From assembly GCA_963823035.1 (NCBI GenBank), contig CAWGKG010000012.1, forward strand, positions 224,001-288,000: a stretch of 64,000 nucleotides of DNA, in the 5' to 3' direction. The position numbers and the translations under genes were made by a program. The first letter of the stretch is position 1, and the number at the start of each line of letters is the position of its first letter. Below, in pieces: positions 34,670 through 46,294 of this stretch. Origin of the DNA: an uncultured Gemmatimonadales bacterium. Its GTDB lineage: Bacteria > Gemmatimonadota > Gemmatimonadetes > Longimicrobiales > Gaopeijiaceae. The notes under the pieces are model-generated. The model was not told the DNA's origin. It did not search any database and saw nothing but the letters and a program-made list of their open reading frames with translations.

Positions 34670-37181
34670 CTACTCGTACCGGAGCGCCTGCATCGGGTCG
34701 ACCTTCGACGCGCGCATCGCCGGGATGTACCCGGCACCCAACGCGACGGCGGCCAGCACCACGGAGACGGCGGCCACGACCCAGGGGTCGTTCCCCTCGA
34801 GCCCGAAGAGGAGGGAGCCCGCCGCCTTGCCCAACGCCAGCGCCGCGAGGATCCCGAGGATGCCGCCGACGAGGAGCATCTTCGTCACCTGACGCAGCAC
34901 CATGCCGCGCACGCGGTCCGCGCCGGCGCCGAGCGCCATGCGCAGGCCGATCTCACGCGTGCGCTGCGCCACCGTGTACGCCAGGACGCCGTAGAGGCCG
35001 ACCGCGGCCAGGAGCGTGGCGAGCGTCGCGAAGGCCGACGCCAGCGTGCTGATCATCCGGTCCACGAAGACGTTCTCACGCACCTGCTGCTCGAGCGTCT
35101 TGAGATCCTCGACCGGAAGGTTCGGGTCGAGCCCCTTCATCACGGTCGGCACCGCGCGCAGGATCTGCTGGGGCTCGAGCGAGGTGCGCACGTAGAAGTT
35201 GATGAAGCCGATCCCGTCGTCTTGCTTGTACGGCGTGAAGAAGAGCGGCGGCACCGCCTGCTTCACGTCGTTGTACTTCGCGTCCTGGACCACCCCCACG
35301 ATCTGGACATCCAGGTCGTCCGACCCGGCGCGGCTGTTCGTCGACATCCACTTCCCGACGGCGTTGCGCGGGTCCAGGTTGAACTTGCGCGCGAACGCCT
35401 CGTTGATGATCGCGACCTTCGGGGCGCCCTCCACGTCGCTCTCGTCGAACTCCCGGCCGCCCAGCAGGGGCATGCCCAGCGTGCTGAAGTAGTGCGGGCC
35501 GACCTCGTTGTACCTCGAGTTCTGGTCGACGTCCGGACCGCCCTCGAAGCCCTCCACCGCCACGTCCGTTCCCCAGGAGCTGCCGCCCAGCACCGGCACC
35601 AGCGCGGTGGACACGCCCGTGACGCCCGGGATGGCCGCCAACTCGCTCTCCGCGCGCTGGAAGAGCGCCTGGCTCTCGTCGGGCTTGTAGCCGTTGAGCA
35701 CGGGCGAGCTGCCGAAGACGATCACGTGGCTCGTGTCCAGCCCCAGGTCGACCCTGCTGACGTTGACCAGGCTGCGGATGAAGAGTCCCGCCGCCACCAG
35801 CAGCGCCATGGACAGCGCGATCTGCGCCGTCACCAACGTCGAGCGGAAGCGGGCCGCCGCGCGCGCGCCGGACGGCTGGCCCGAGCTCGACTTGAGCGTC
35901 GTGACCAGATCGGTGCGCGACGCGTGCAGCGCGGGAAAGAGGCCGAACAGGACGCCCGTGCCGATCGCGAGCAAGCCGGTGAAGGCGATCATCGAGCCGC
36001 GCATGTGCAGCGAGACGTCGTCCATCGCGCCCGGCGGCAGGAGCGACCCGATGAGCTTCAGCGTCCACTGGGCCACGATCAGCCCGGCGGCCCCGCCCAT
36101 GAGGGCGAGGAGGAGCGACTCGGTGAGCAGCTGGCCGATGAGCTGGCCACGGCGCGCCCCGAGGGAAGCGCGGATCGCCATCTCCTGATTGCGCCCGGCG
36201 CCGCGCGCCAGGAGGAGGTTGGCGATGTTCGCGCACGCGATGAGCGAGCACGACGCCGGTGATGCTCAGGAGGAGGAGGAGCGGCGTGCGCGCCTCCTCG
36301 TTCATCGAGCTCTGCCCGCGCTCACCCGCCTCGACCTGGAGCTCCTTGGCGCGGAAGCGTGTGAGCGTCGCCTCGCTCATCCCGTCCTGAAGTGGAGCCT
36401 CCACGTCCTCGATGACGCCGTGGTAGAACGTGTTGGCCTCCTGCCTGGCCCGCTCGATCGTCACGCCCGGCTTCAAGCGCGCGAAGACATACGCCCAGTA
36501 GCTTTGGCGGTTGTCGAACTGGCCGTCGAACCACGGCTCCATGGTCGCGCGCATGGAGAGCGGCACGAACACGTCCGGCTCGGAGCCCATGGTCGTGCCA
36601 CGGAAGCCCTCGGCAGCCACGCCGACCACGGTCATCGGGTTCCCGTTCACGATCATCGTGCCGTTGAGCACGTTCGGGTCGGCCCCGAGGTTGTTCTCCC
36701 AGTACTGGTGGGAGAGCACGACCACCGAATGCTCCCCGATGTTCTGGTCGTCGGAGACGCCGAACAGACGCCCCAGCGCCGGCTGCATGCCCAGGACCGG
36801 GAAGTAGGACCCCGAGACGAGCATCCCCGTCGCGTTCAGCGTGTTGCCCTCGAAGGCCAGGTTGGCGCTGAACAGCCGGTGCGCCGCGACGCCGGAGAAC
36901 GGCAGGTCCGCCTTCTCCAGGTCGCGGAACATCGCGTAGCTGAAGACCTCGTCGCAGTCGCCCGCCTGGTTGCACGACTGGGAGCCGGGCTTCGGCCCCG
37001 GCGCCCCCAGGTTGACGAGCCGATCGGGATCCTGCACCGGCAGCTTCTGGAGCAGGATCTGGTCGAACAGCGAGAAGATGGCGGTGTTCGCCCCGATCCC
37101 GAGCGCGAGCGACAGCACGGCCACGGCGGTGATGAACGGCGTCTTGGTGAACGTGCGCGTGGCGAGCTTCAGGTCGGCCAT
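34670..37181 (-). CDS. ADOP-family duplicated ABC permease; frameshift near 36243
   Basis: DLKLATRTFTKTPFITAVAVLSLALGIGANTAIFS, LVTAQIALS, VAQRTREIGLRMALGA, VDPMQALRYE. Confidence 0.92.
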
Positions 37182-37280
37182 CGAGGACCCCTCCCCCAGT
37201 GATTCCCCGAGCGCTCCAGCGAGCGCCCCCCGTCCTTGTGTGACCGGTTCAACCGGCAGGACGTTGCATTCCCAAGGCCC

Positions 37281-37305
37281 TACGCAGTCCGGAACCTCGT
37301 GTTTC
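37281..37305 (-). promoter_or_regulatory. Putative ECF-sigma promoter upstream of the ADOP permease
   Basis: Minus strand GAAAC (37305-37301), 16 nt, CGTA (37284-37281). Confidence 0.45.
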
Positions 37306-37322
37306 CGGAGATGGAGATCTCC

Positions 37323-38572
37323 TCAAGCTTCGCGCACCCACCTCCACAGCTCCGGTAGCGTCGGCCGCTTGCCGGCCATGAGGATCCCGACCTTGTAGAT
37401 CCTCCCGGCCACCCACGCCACGGCCACCGTGGCGAGCGCCATCAGGACGAAGGACGCCGCCACCTGCCAGGCCGGCGCGCCACCCCCGGCGGCGCGGGCG
37501 AACATCAGAATGGGCGAGAAGAACGGGAAGAGCGACGTCGCGATCGCCAGCGTCGAGCCCGGGTCGCTGATCACGGGCATCAGGAGGATCATCGGGGCGA
37601 TCACGAGCAGCGTCACCGGGACCTGGGCCTGCTGCGCCTCCTCGTCCGTGTTGCACATGGCGCCCACCGCGGCGTAGAGCCCGGAATAGAGGAAGAACCC
37701 GAAGAGGAAGAAGGCGCCGAAGAGGAGGAGGAGCCCCACCCCCGGGAGGAACTGCCTCATGCTCTCGAGCGAGGCCATCTCCGGACGGGCGGCCACCAGC
37801 GCCGGGAGTCCGGCCGAGAACGCCAGCGCACCCGAGAGGAGCCACACCGCCATCTGCGTGATCCCGACCGCTCCCACGCCCAGGATCTTGCCGAGCATGA
37901 GGTGCCAGGGCTTCATCGAGGAGATCACCACCTCCACCACCCGGCTCGTCTTCTCCTCCAGCGTGGCCCGCATCACCGACACGGAGTAGATCAGCAGCAT
38001 CATGTAGAGGAAGAACGCGCCCCCGTACGCGACCGCGAAGCGCGGGTCGTCCGTGCCGGCACCCTCGCTCGACAGCACCTGCACGTCGAGCTCGCCTCCG
38101 CCCATCAGTTGGTCCGCGTCCATCCCCTGGTCCTGGAGAGCCTTCTCCAGGGCGGCGCGCGAGATCGCCGAACGGATCGCCATGCGCCGGAAGGGCGACG
38201 GGCTCGACGAGCCGTAGAACACCGCCCGTCCCGGACGCGAGCGTCTCGTCGTCCATGAGGATGAACGCGCCCAGGTCCTTGTCGTTGACCTGCTGGCTCA
38301 GCTCCGCCACGACGTCGTCGGACCAGGGTTCGCGCCGGACCTCGTAGCCCGCGTCCTCGAGGCGGGGCGCGACCCGCTCGTAGAGCGCGTCCGTGCGGTC
38401 GACGAGCGCGATGTTGCGCTCGGCCCGCTGCGGAGCGGCTGGCCAGGAGGGCCGGCACGACCATGAGGGCGATCATGAACACGGGCCCCGCGACGGTCGA
38501 GAAGATGAACCACCGCGACCGCACCCGCTGCAGGTACTCCCGTCGGATCACCGCCCACACGTTGGCCCTCAT
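37323..38572 (-). CDS. ABC-2 type exporter permease (NatB/YhaP-like); two frameshifts (near 38430 and 38225)
   Basis: VIRREYLQRVRSRWF, EEKTSRVVEVVISS, LMLGKILGVG, YAAVGA, PFFSPILMFAR, RIYKVGILMAGKRP. Confidence 0.9.
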
Positions 38573-39543
38573 CGCACACCTCCCACGGTCGCGGCCGGTC
38601 CGAGCGCGCTCTGCGGGACGCCCGCCTCCAGCGCCGCGGCCGCACCGACATGTCGAACGAAGATCTCGTGGAGGCGCGGCTCCACGAGGTCGAACCGGTA
38701 GATCGTCGCGCCGGATTCGACGGCGCGCTTCAAGATCGCCTGGTGGTCCGCGCCGTCACGCAGCCGGATCATCAGCGTGCCGTCGACGCGATCGGAGCCG
38801 TCGATCTCGGGGCCCTGGAGCCAGCGGTCCGACCCGTCGAACTCCACCGCGATCAGACCCTTCCGCTCGGACGCCTTCAGCTCCTTCAGATCCGCGTCCA
38901 GGACCTTCTTCGATCGCGAGATGAGGCAGACGCGCTCGCAGAGGCGCTCGGCCTGGTCCATGAGGTGCGTGGAGAAGAGGATCGTGGTTCCCTTGGCGTG
39001 GAAGTCGCGGACGATCTCCTCGAGCACGTCCTGGTTGATCGGGTCCAGGCCGCTGAAGGGCTCGTCGAGGATCAGCATCTCGGGCTCGTGGATCACGGTC
39101 CCGATGAACTGGATCTTCTGCTGCATCCCCTTCGACAGGTCCTCCACCTTCTTGTCGGCCCACTCCGGAAGTCCGAGGCGGTCCAGCCACATCAGCCCCC
39201 TCTTGCGCCCCTCCGAGCGGGATACGCCGCGGATCTCCGCGAGGAACACGATGAGATCGAGGCACTTCATCTTGCGGTAGACACCCCGCTCCTCGGGGAG
39301 GTAGCCGACGCGGCTGCGGGCAGCGTCGTCGGCCTTCCCGCCGAAGAGGGACACCGAGCCCTCGTCCGGATGGAGGATGCCCATGATCATCCGGATCGAC
39401 GTCGTCTTCCCCGATCCGTTGGGTCCGAGGAGGCCGTAGATCACGCCGCGGGGCACCTCCAGGTCCAGCCCCGAGACCGCGGTGTGCTTTCCGAAGCGCT
39501 TGGTGACACCCTCGAGGCGGAGTGCGAGGTCCGATCCGTTCAT
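38569..39543 (-). CDS. ABC exporter ATP-binding protein (NatA/YhaQ-like)
   Basis: GPNGSGKTT, GYLPEERG, LSKGMQQK, ILDEPFSGLDP, STH, EPRLHEIFV. Confidence 0.95.
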   Translation of the reverse strand: MNGSDLALRLEGVTKRFGKHTAVSGLDLEVPRGVIYGLLGPNGSGKTTSIRMIMGILHPDEGSVSLFGGKADDAARSRVGYLPEERGVYRKMKCLDLIVFLAEIRGVSRSEGRKRGLMWLDRLGLPEWADKKVEDLSKGMQQKIQFIGTVIHEPEMLILDEPFSGLDPINQDVLEEIVRDFHAKGTTILFSTHLMDQAERLCERVCLISRSKKVLDADLKELKASERKGLIAVEFDGSDRWLQGPEIDGSDRVDGTLMIRLRDGADHQAILKRAVESGATIYRFDLVEPRLHEIFVRHVGAAAALEAGVPQSALGPAATVGGVR

Positions 39544-39744
39544 GAGCGAAGGGGGACGGAGGAGTAGGGAACCACGCGATTTGTGCCATTATGGCAGGAA
39601 ATCACACGCCGGGACGCGGGTACCGTGATACGGGCGGAGTACGAGGACCGCCTGAAAACCCTTCAATTACGTGACATCCGTCGCGCATTCCCCGCGCTCT
39701 CTGTACATTACACGGCTGTTGCTTCAAGAACACGAGGAGGCTGG

Positions 39745-39939
39745 ATGGCCATCTACCGTACGCTGTACTACGGTGACGTCTCCGTCGGTGTCGGCGGCCG
39801 CATCACCATCCCGCAGGACATGCGCGACGACCTCGGCATCGACGAAGGTGACTCTCTCACCGTACGCGTCGAAGAGAATCCGGACGGCGGACGGCAGATC
39901 GTGATGTGGCGGGCCGAGCAGCAGCCCGAGGAAGAATAG
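39745..39939 (+). CDS. AbrB/MazE/SpoVT-family DNA-binding protein (64 aa)
   Basis: GAGGAGG RBS; VSVGVGGRITIPQDMRDDLGIDEGDSLTVRV is a swapped-hairpin signature. Confidence 0.9.
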   Translation: MAIYRTLYYGDVSVGVGGRITIPQDMRDDLGIDEGDSLTVRVEENPDGGRQIVMWRAEQQPEEE

Positions 39940-39951
39940 CTTGTTGCTGCG

Positions 39952-39983
39952 CGTCGAGCAGGGAGACGTCTCCCTGTTCGACG
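39952..39983. terminator. Long hairpin between convergent abrB-like and luxC-like genes
   Basis: CGTCGAGCAGGGAGA-CG-TCTCCCTGTTCGACG, 15-nt arms with one G-U pair; no clear U-tract. Confidence 0.5.
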
Positions 39984-40098
39984 GCGACGGCTGGCTCGCG
40001 GCGAGCGGATGACCTCCGTGGCCTTCCTCTACGGCTACACCGAGGCGGACGCCCGGGCGCTCGTCCGCGTCCTCTCGGCCTGAGCGGTCCGGGCGACC

Positions 40099-41496
40099 TC
40101 AGCCTTCCAGGTCGGTCCGTCGAAGCAGCGCCGTGAGCGGCCCCTCGCCGTCGTGGTGCCACCACGGCGGAGGGAAGGGCACCGCGGAGAACGGCGCCAC
40201 ACGGCTGACCCCGATGCGCGCCAGGGATTCGGCCAAGGCCTCCAGGCGCCCCTCACACCCGGCCACACCGACGGTCTGCAGATGGCCGCGCAGGGGAGCC
40301 AGCCGCGCCGCGACGGCGAGAGCGTCCGCGACCGGACGCACCCGCACCACCCTTCCGACGCAGGCGGCGTCCAGCTCCGCCCGGGGGTCGAACACCACCG
40401 TCCATGCCGCCGCACCGCCGTGGTAGAGGGCGGCGCCCGAGCCCGACGCCGCCAGCAGCTCGGCCGTACCCCGGAGCTGGTGCAGGGCCGCCGCCTCGGA
40501 GGCGTCGAGCGTGCCGCCGGGCAGAGAGCCCTCCATCCGTCCCAGCGCGTCCGCGAGCTCCCGGGCGAAGCCGCCCGGGGTGGCTGCCCCGCCCTCCTCC
40601 ACGAAGATCACGTGCGGCGAGACACACCCTCTCTGGTCGAAGAACGCCACCGCGCCCGCGACCTCCGACACCATCCTGTGCCGGAGATCGGGGGCGAGCG
40701 CGTCACGCCCGACGACGCCCACCCCGATCCGGTTGGGATAGGCCACGAAGCGGGCGGTGACCGGCGTCCGGTCGCGAACGCTCCGTACGGCGTCGTTCCC
40801 CCCGTAGGCGACCACCGTGTCCGTCTCCCCGAGCGCCGCGTCCTCGAGCGCCCCGCTTCCGCCGGGCCAGTACACGACGGCAGCCGCGTTCGCGATCGCG
40901 GGCGACTCGTCGCGTAGCGCGCGCGCCATCAGCACGGGGAGCACCGCGTCGCCCCGCCCGGGCTTGAGGAGGGTGGGTGCCTTCACCAGCAGACTCCGCA
41001 GCAGAGCCGTGGCGCTCACGCCGGGCACGCTGCCCGAGACGATCTGCACGCACAGCTCCGGTCCCACTGCCCGCACGCGTCCGTGCCGCGCCGGAACGAA
41101 GCGGTCGAGCTCGGTCGGATCCACCAGCTCCGTGCGCAGGAGCTCCGCCAGCCGTGACGCCGTCCAATCCGCCGCCATCCCGTCGAGGACGGCCCCGGCC
41201 ATCGCCGGCGACAGCCCCGAATGGACGGGCAGCAGCTCCAGGGCCCGGAGGCGGAGCGGATCGGCCGGGTCGAGAAAGCGCTCACCGACGCGACCGAGAG
41301 CGGCGGCGACCGATGCGGCGTGCATGTCGCGAAGCTCGTTCCCGGCCGCGCGGAGCCGTCGCGCCAGCTCCGCGACCCACGCGGAGGTCACCTCCAGGAT
41401 CGTCAGATCGCCGGTGGGCGCGTAGGAGCTCGGGACGGGCACCCCGGCGGGAACCGCCCACGCCTCGAGCGTCCGACCCGTGCCCGCGACGTCCAT
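40099..41496 (-). CDS. luxC: Acyl-CoA/acyl-protein reductase, LuxC family
   Basis: IVSGSVPGV, SLLVKA..LLKP, VVYWPGG, VVAYGG, catalytic-Cys region AFFDQRGCVSPH, LQTVGV, WHHDG; ATG overlaps the luxE stop (TGATG). Confidence 0.85.
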   Translation of the reverse strand: MDVAGTGRTLEAWAVPAGVPVPSSYAPTGDLTILEVTSAWVAELARRLRAAGNELRDMHAASVAAALGRVGERFLDPADPLRLRALELLPVHSGLSPAMAGAVLDGMAADWTASRLAELLRTELVDPTELDRFVPARHGRVRAVGPELCVQIVSGSVPGVSATALLRSLLVKAPTLLKPGRGDAVLPVLMARALRDESPAIANAAAVVYWPGGSGALEDAALGETDTVVAYGGNDAVRSVRDRTPVTARFVAYPNRIGVGVVGRDALAPDLRHRMVSEVAGAVAFFDQRGCVSPHVIFVEEGGAATPGGFARELADALGRMEGSLPGGTLDASEAAALHQLRGTAELLAASGSGAALYHGGAAAWTVVFDPRAELDAACVGRVVRVRPVADALAVAARLAPLRGHLQTVGVAGCEGRLEALAESLARIGVSRVAPFSAVPFPPPWWHHDGEGPLTALLRRTDLEG

Positions 41497-42605
41497 CAGA
41501 ACCGGAGCTCCGTGGCGGACAGGAGCTCCTCGAGCGCCAGGGAGCAGCCGCGCGGCTCGGCATCCCGCGCGCGGCCCCGAAGGCGCACACCGTCCTCCGA
41601 GACGATGCCGACGTCCTCGGTGAGCACGTGGGACACCGAGCCCGCGTTGGCCAGATCGAAGAAGGCCAGGAGCCCCGCCTGCCCCGGCGGAAGCGGCTCC
41701 AGCGTGTTCGGGTCGAGGGCGCGCACGCGGAGCCACGGCGGAGGGGCATGCAGCCCGCGCCCCGACGGACCCACGCGCAGCACGGGCTCGTAGAGCTGCG
41801 AGAGCAGCTCGGTCATGCCGTACTCGTTGACCACCCGCTCCGCCGGCACGGCCAGGCGTGTCTCGATCTCCGCGTAGAGCTCCTCGCGTGAGACGCTTCG
41901 CGACCGGCCCTTGAAGCCGCCGGTCTCCATGATCCTCGTGCCGTCGGGCAGGCGGACGCGACGTCCGTCCGCCGCAAGGGCGTCGAGGAGGTGCACGAAG
42001 GCGAACGCCGTTCCCGCGACCAGCACCGGCCGACCCTCTTCCTGCGCCCGGGCGGCCGCGGCCAGGAAGGAGTCTGCGTCCGTTCCGGTGCGGGGATGCG
42101 CGAGCCAGGAGACGCCTGTCGCGAAGGTCCCGGCCACGTCTCCGATCATCGTCGAGAGCGAGGATTCGGGCGCGACGGCGGGGGAGGGGATCAGCGAGAG
42201 CAGGGAAAGCCGCTCCCCTTCGGGCAGGAGATGCGCCGCGAAGCCGGGGCGGAGGGACGCCCGGTAGAGGGAGAGCCGAGGTACGGGATGGCGGCCGCGC
42301 GCGCCCTCCGAGCCCGTCGTGCCGCTCGTGAGGAACGTCGCCTCGGGCGGCCCGTCCGCCGAGACCATGTCGACGTGGCGGAAAGCCCGCGCCGGCACGG
42401 GAGGGACATCCTCCCAGCGGGCGATGTCTCCAGGCCGGACGCCGCGACCCTCACAGAATGCCCGATACGTCGCGTTGGCCCCGAACTGGTGGGCGAACAC
42501 CCGCAGCGCCAGCGCCTCGAACGCGGCGTCGGCGAGGCGCGCGTCCACGCCCCGCGCGAACACGCCCTCCAGGTCGGCGACCAGCGCGTCGAAGCCCGCG
42601 TTCAC
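41496..42605 (-). CDS. luxE: Acyl-protein synthetase, LuxE family
   Basis: FLTSGTTG, METGGFKGR, NEYGMTELLSQLY, DLANAGS..LTEDVG, LRGRA..EPRGCSL. Confidence 0.9.
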   Translation of the reverse strand: MNAGFDALVADLEGVFARGVDARLADAAFEALALRVFAHQFGANATYRAFCEGRGVRPGDIARWEDVPPVPARAFRHVDMVSADGPPEATFLTSGTTGSEGARGRHPVPRLSLYRASLRPGFAAHLLPEGERLSLLSLIPSPAVAPESSLSTMIGDVAGTFATGVSWLAHPRTGTDADSFLAAAARAQEEGRPVLVAGTAFAFVHLLDALAADGRRVRLPDGTRIMETGGFKGRSRSVSREELYAEIETRLAVPAERVVNEYGMTELLSQLYEPVLRVGPSGRGLHAPPPWLRVRALDPNTLEPLPPGQAGLLAFFDLANAGSVSHVLTEDVGIVSEDGVRLRGRARDAEPRGCSLALEELLSATELRF

Positions 42606-43792
42606 GTGAAGCGGCGGGGATTCAACAGCTCACCACCGCGCACAGGCTCGCCCTCGGCGACGATCGCCGCGATCACCCGCCCCGCCTCGAAGGCGAAGGG
42701 GAGGCCGCCGCCGCTGAAGCCGGAGATCACGAGCTCGCCCGTGCGTCCGGGGAGGGGTCCCACGAGGGGGAGGTAGTCGGCGGTCCATCCGAAGATGCCG
42801 CTCCACCGCCGGAACACGCGCAGGGGCGCCTGGTCGGGGAACGTCGACTCGAACCACCCCTGGACCTGCTTCTGCAGGTGCAGGTCGACCTCGGGGCGGA
42901 GCTTCCAGTAGGAGCGGTCCCAGGCGTCGTGTCTCCAGCCGCCCAGGTGGAGTCGGCTGTCGGCGTCCCAGCGCCACACGTTGAGCTTCCACGGCGTGGC
43001 GAACGATCCGCCGAGGGTCGGAGCGCCGCTCTCGGTGATCATCCCCTGCCCGCGGATGGGCACGATCTCGTCACCGAGGAAGTTCGAGAAGCGGCGCGTG
43101 TCCACGTGCGTCGCGTACACGACCATCTCGGCCCGCACCTCTCCCATGTCCGTCTCGCACACCATCTCCCCGTCCCGTCGCCCCGTGTCCCCCACGTTGA
43201 CCCCCTCGAGGACGACGGCGCCGGCGTCGCGCGCGGCCTCCGCCAGCGCGAGCGTGGTGGGTCCGGGGTCGAGGGCGCCTCCTCCCTCGAGCCGATAGCC
43301 ACCGAGCAGACTCCGGCCGTGGCAGAGCTCACGCACCTGATCCGCGGACAGCCATTCGACCGGGAGGCCGGCGCGCTCCATCGCAGCGAAGGTGCTCTCC
43401 AGCTCGTGCAGCGTATGGGCATCGGCCAGCACGTGGCCCCCGGAGAGATCGAGACCGGCCGCCTTCTCGGCGCCCCGCCGACGCAGGAGGTGTGCGAGGC
43501 CGGAGACGGAGCGGAGGGCGAAGTCCCAGATCTCGCGGGCGACCTCCTCGCCGCGGAAGTGCACCGTTTCGTCGAAAGGCTGGCGCAGCGGCGGCGACAG
43601 CACGCCGATGGCGCGCGCGGTGGCGCCCTCCCCGATGCGCTCCCGCTCGAGCAGGAGCGTGTCCACCCCGGCCGTCGCCAGATGATAGGCCGCGGAGGCG
43701 CCCGCTATCCCGCCGCCCACCACGACCACGTCCGCCTTCCTGGGAAGCTCCCCCGGGAAACGGGGGTCGGAACCGCCGTTCGATTCGGTCAT
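42602..43792 (-). CDS. FAD-dependent oxidoreductase, DAO/glycine-oxidase family (amine or amino-acid oxidase-like)
   Basis: DVVVVGGGIAGASAAYHLA, LLERERIGEGAT, PIRGQ, WSGIFGWTADYLPLVG, GFSGGG. Confidence 0.9.
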   Translation of the reverse strand: MTESNGGSDPRFPGELPRKADVVVVGGGIAGASAAYHLATAGVDTLLLERERIGEGATARAIGVLSPPLRQPFDETVHFRGEEVAREIWDFALRSVSGLAHLLRRRGAEKAAGLDLSGGHVLADAHTLHELESTFAAMERAGLPVEWLSADQVRELCHGRSLLGGYRLEGGGALDPGPTTLALAEAARDAGAVVLEGVNVGDTGRRDGEMVCETDMGEVRAEMVVYATHVDTRRFSNFLGDEIVPIRGQGMITESGAPTLGGSFATPWKLNVWRWDADSRLHLGGWRHDAWDRSYWKLRPEVDLHLQKQVQGWFESTFPDQAPLRVFRRWSGIFGWTADYLPLVGPLPGRTGELVISGFSGGGLPFAFEAGRVIAAIVAEGEPVRGGELLNPRRFT

Positions 43793-43828
43793 CGCTCGCC
43801 GTGAGGAACGGAGAAGGGGCAGGGGTGA

Positions 43829-43909
43829 CCTGAATCTAAACGCATGCCCTACGTGCCGCACCGCGCCGTCCGCCCCCTTCGCGGAAGGGCGGGCGTGGGT
43901 AGATTCAGG
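43829..43909. promoter_or_regulatory. Inverted repeat in divergent intergenic region
   Basis: CCTGAATCTA (43829-43838) and TAGATTCAGG (43900-43909); each strand reads TAGATT pointing at its downstream gene. Confidence 0.55.
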
Positions 43910-43941
43910 AGGTCCTACCACCCGTTCTCGAGGAGGCACCG

Positions 43942-44115
43942 TTGAGCACTCCCCTGGCCATCCTCCTGGTCCTCGGGGTCGGCGTCCTCCTGACCTTCGG
44001 GGCGACGCGCGCGACGGCCAACGTCCGGCAGGGCCAGACGTTCCTGCGCTGGATGGTCGTGGTCTTCGTGACCTACCTGGCGCTGATCACCCTCCCGGTG
44101 GTCATCGGCTTCTGA
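43942..44115 (+). CDS. Small two-TM membrane protein (57 aa), absent from the ORF track
   Basis: GAGGAGG RBS then TTG; MSTPLAILLVLGVGVLLTFGATRATANVRQGQTFLRWMVVVFVTYLALITLPVVIGF; GC3-rich codons. Confidence 0.8.
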   Translation: MSTPLAILLVLGVGVLLTFGATRATANVRQGQTFLRWMVVVFVTYLALITLPVVIGF

Positions 44116-44126
44116 GGAGCCGCAGG

Positions 44127-44163
44127 AGCAAGAGAAGGGGCGGCCCCCGAAGGGACCGCCCCT
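44127..44163 (-). terminator. Rho-independent terminator after gdhA (possibly bidirectional)
   Basis: Stem AGGGGCGG..CCGCCCCT with a TTCG loop on the minus strand, followed by TCTCTTGCT. Confidence 0.65.
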
Positions 44164-44195
44164 CACCCCGCAGGGCGTACTCCGATGCCGCGGGC

Positions 44196-46254
<2,059 letters not shown>

Positions 46255-46294
46255 CGCTACGCCCCCAGGGTCTGCAGCGGCATCGGGTGGGACC

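Noticed and set aside
39745..40098. Type II toxin-antitoxin pair
   Set aside because: No PIN, MazF or other toxin ORF on either side of the AbrB-like gene
40099..42605. Bioluminescence (lux) operon
   Set aside because: No luxA, luxB, luxD or luxG in the window
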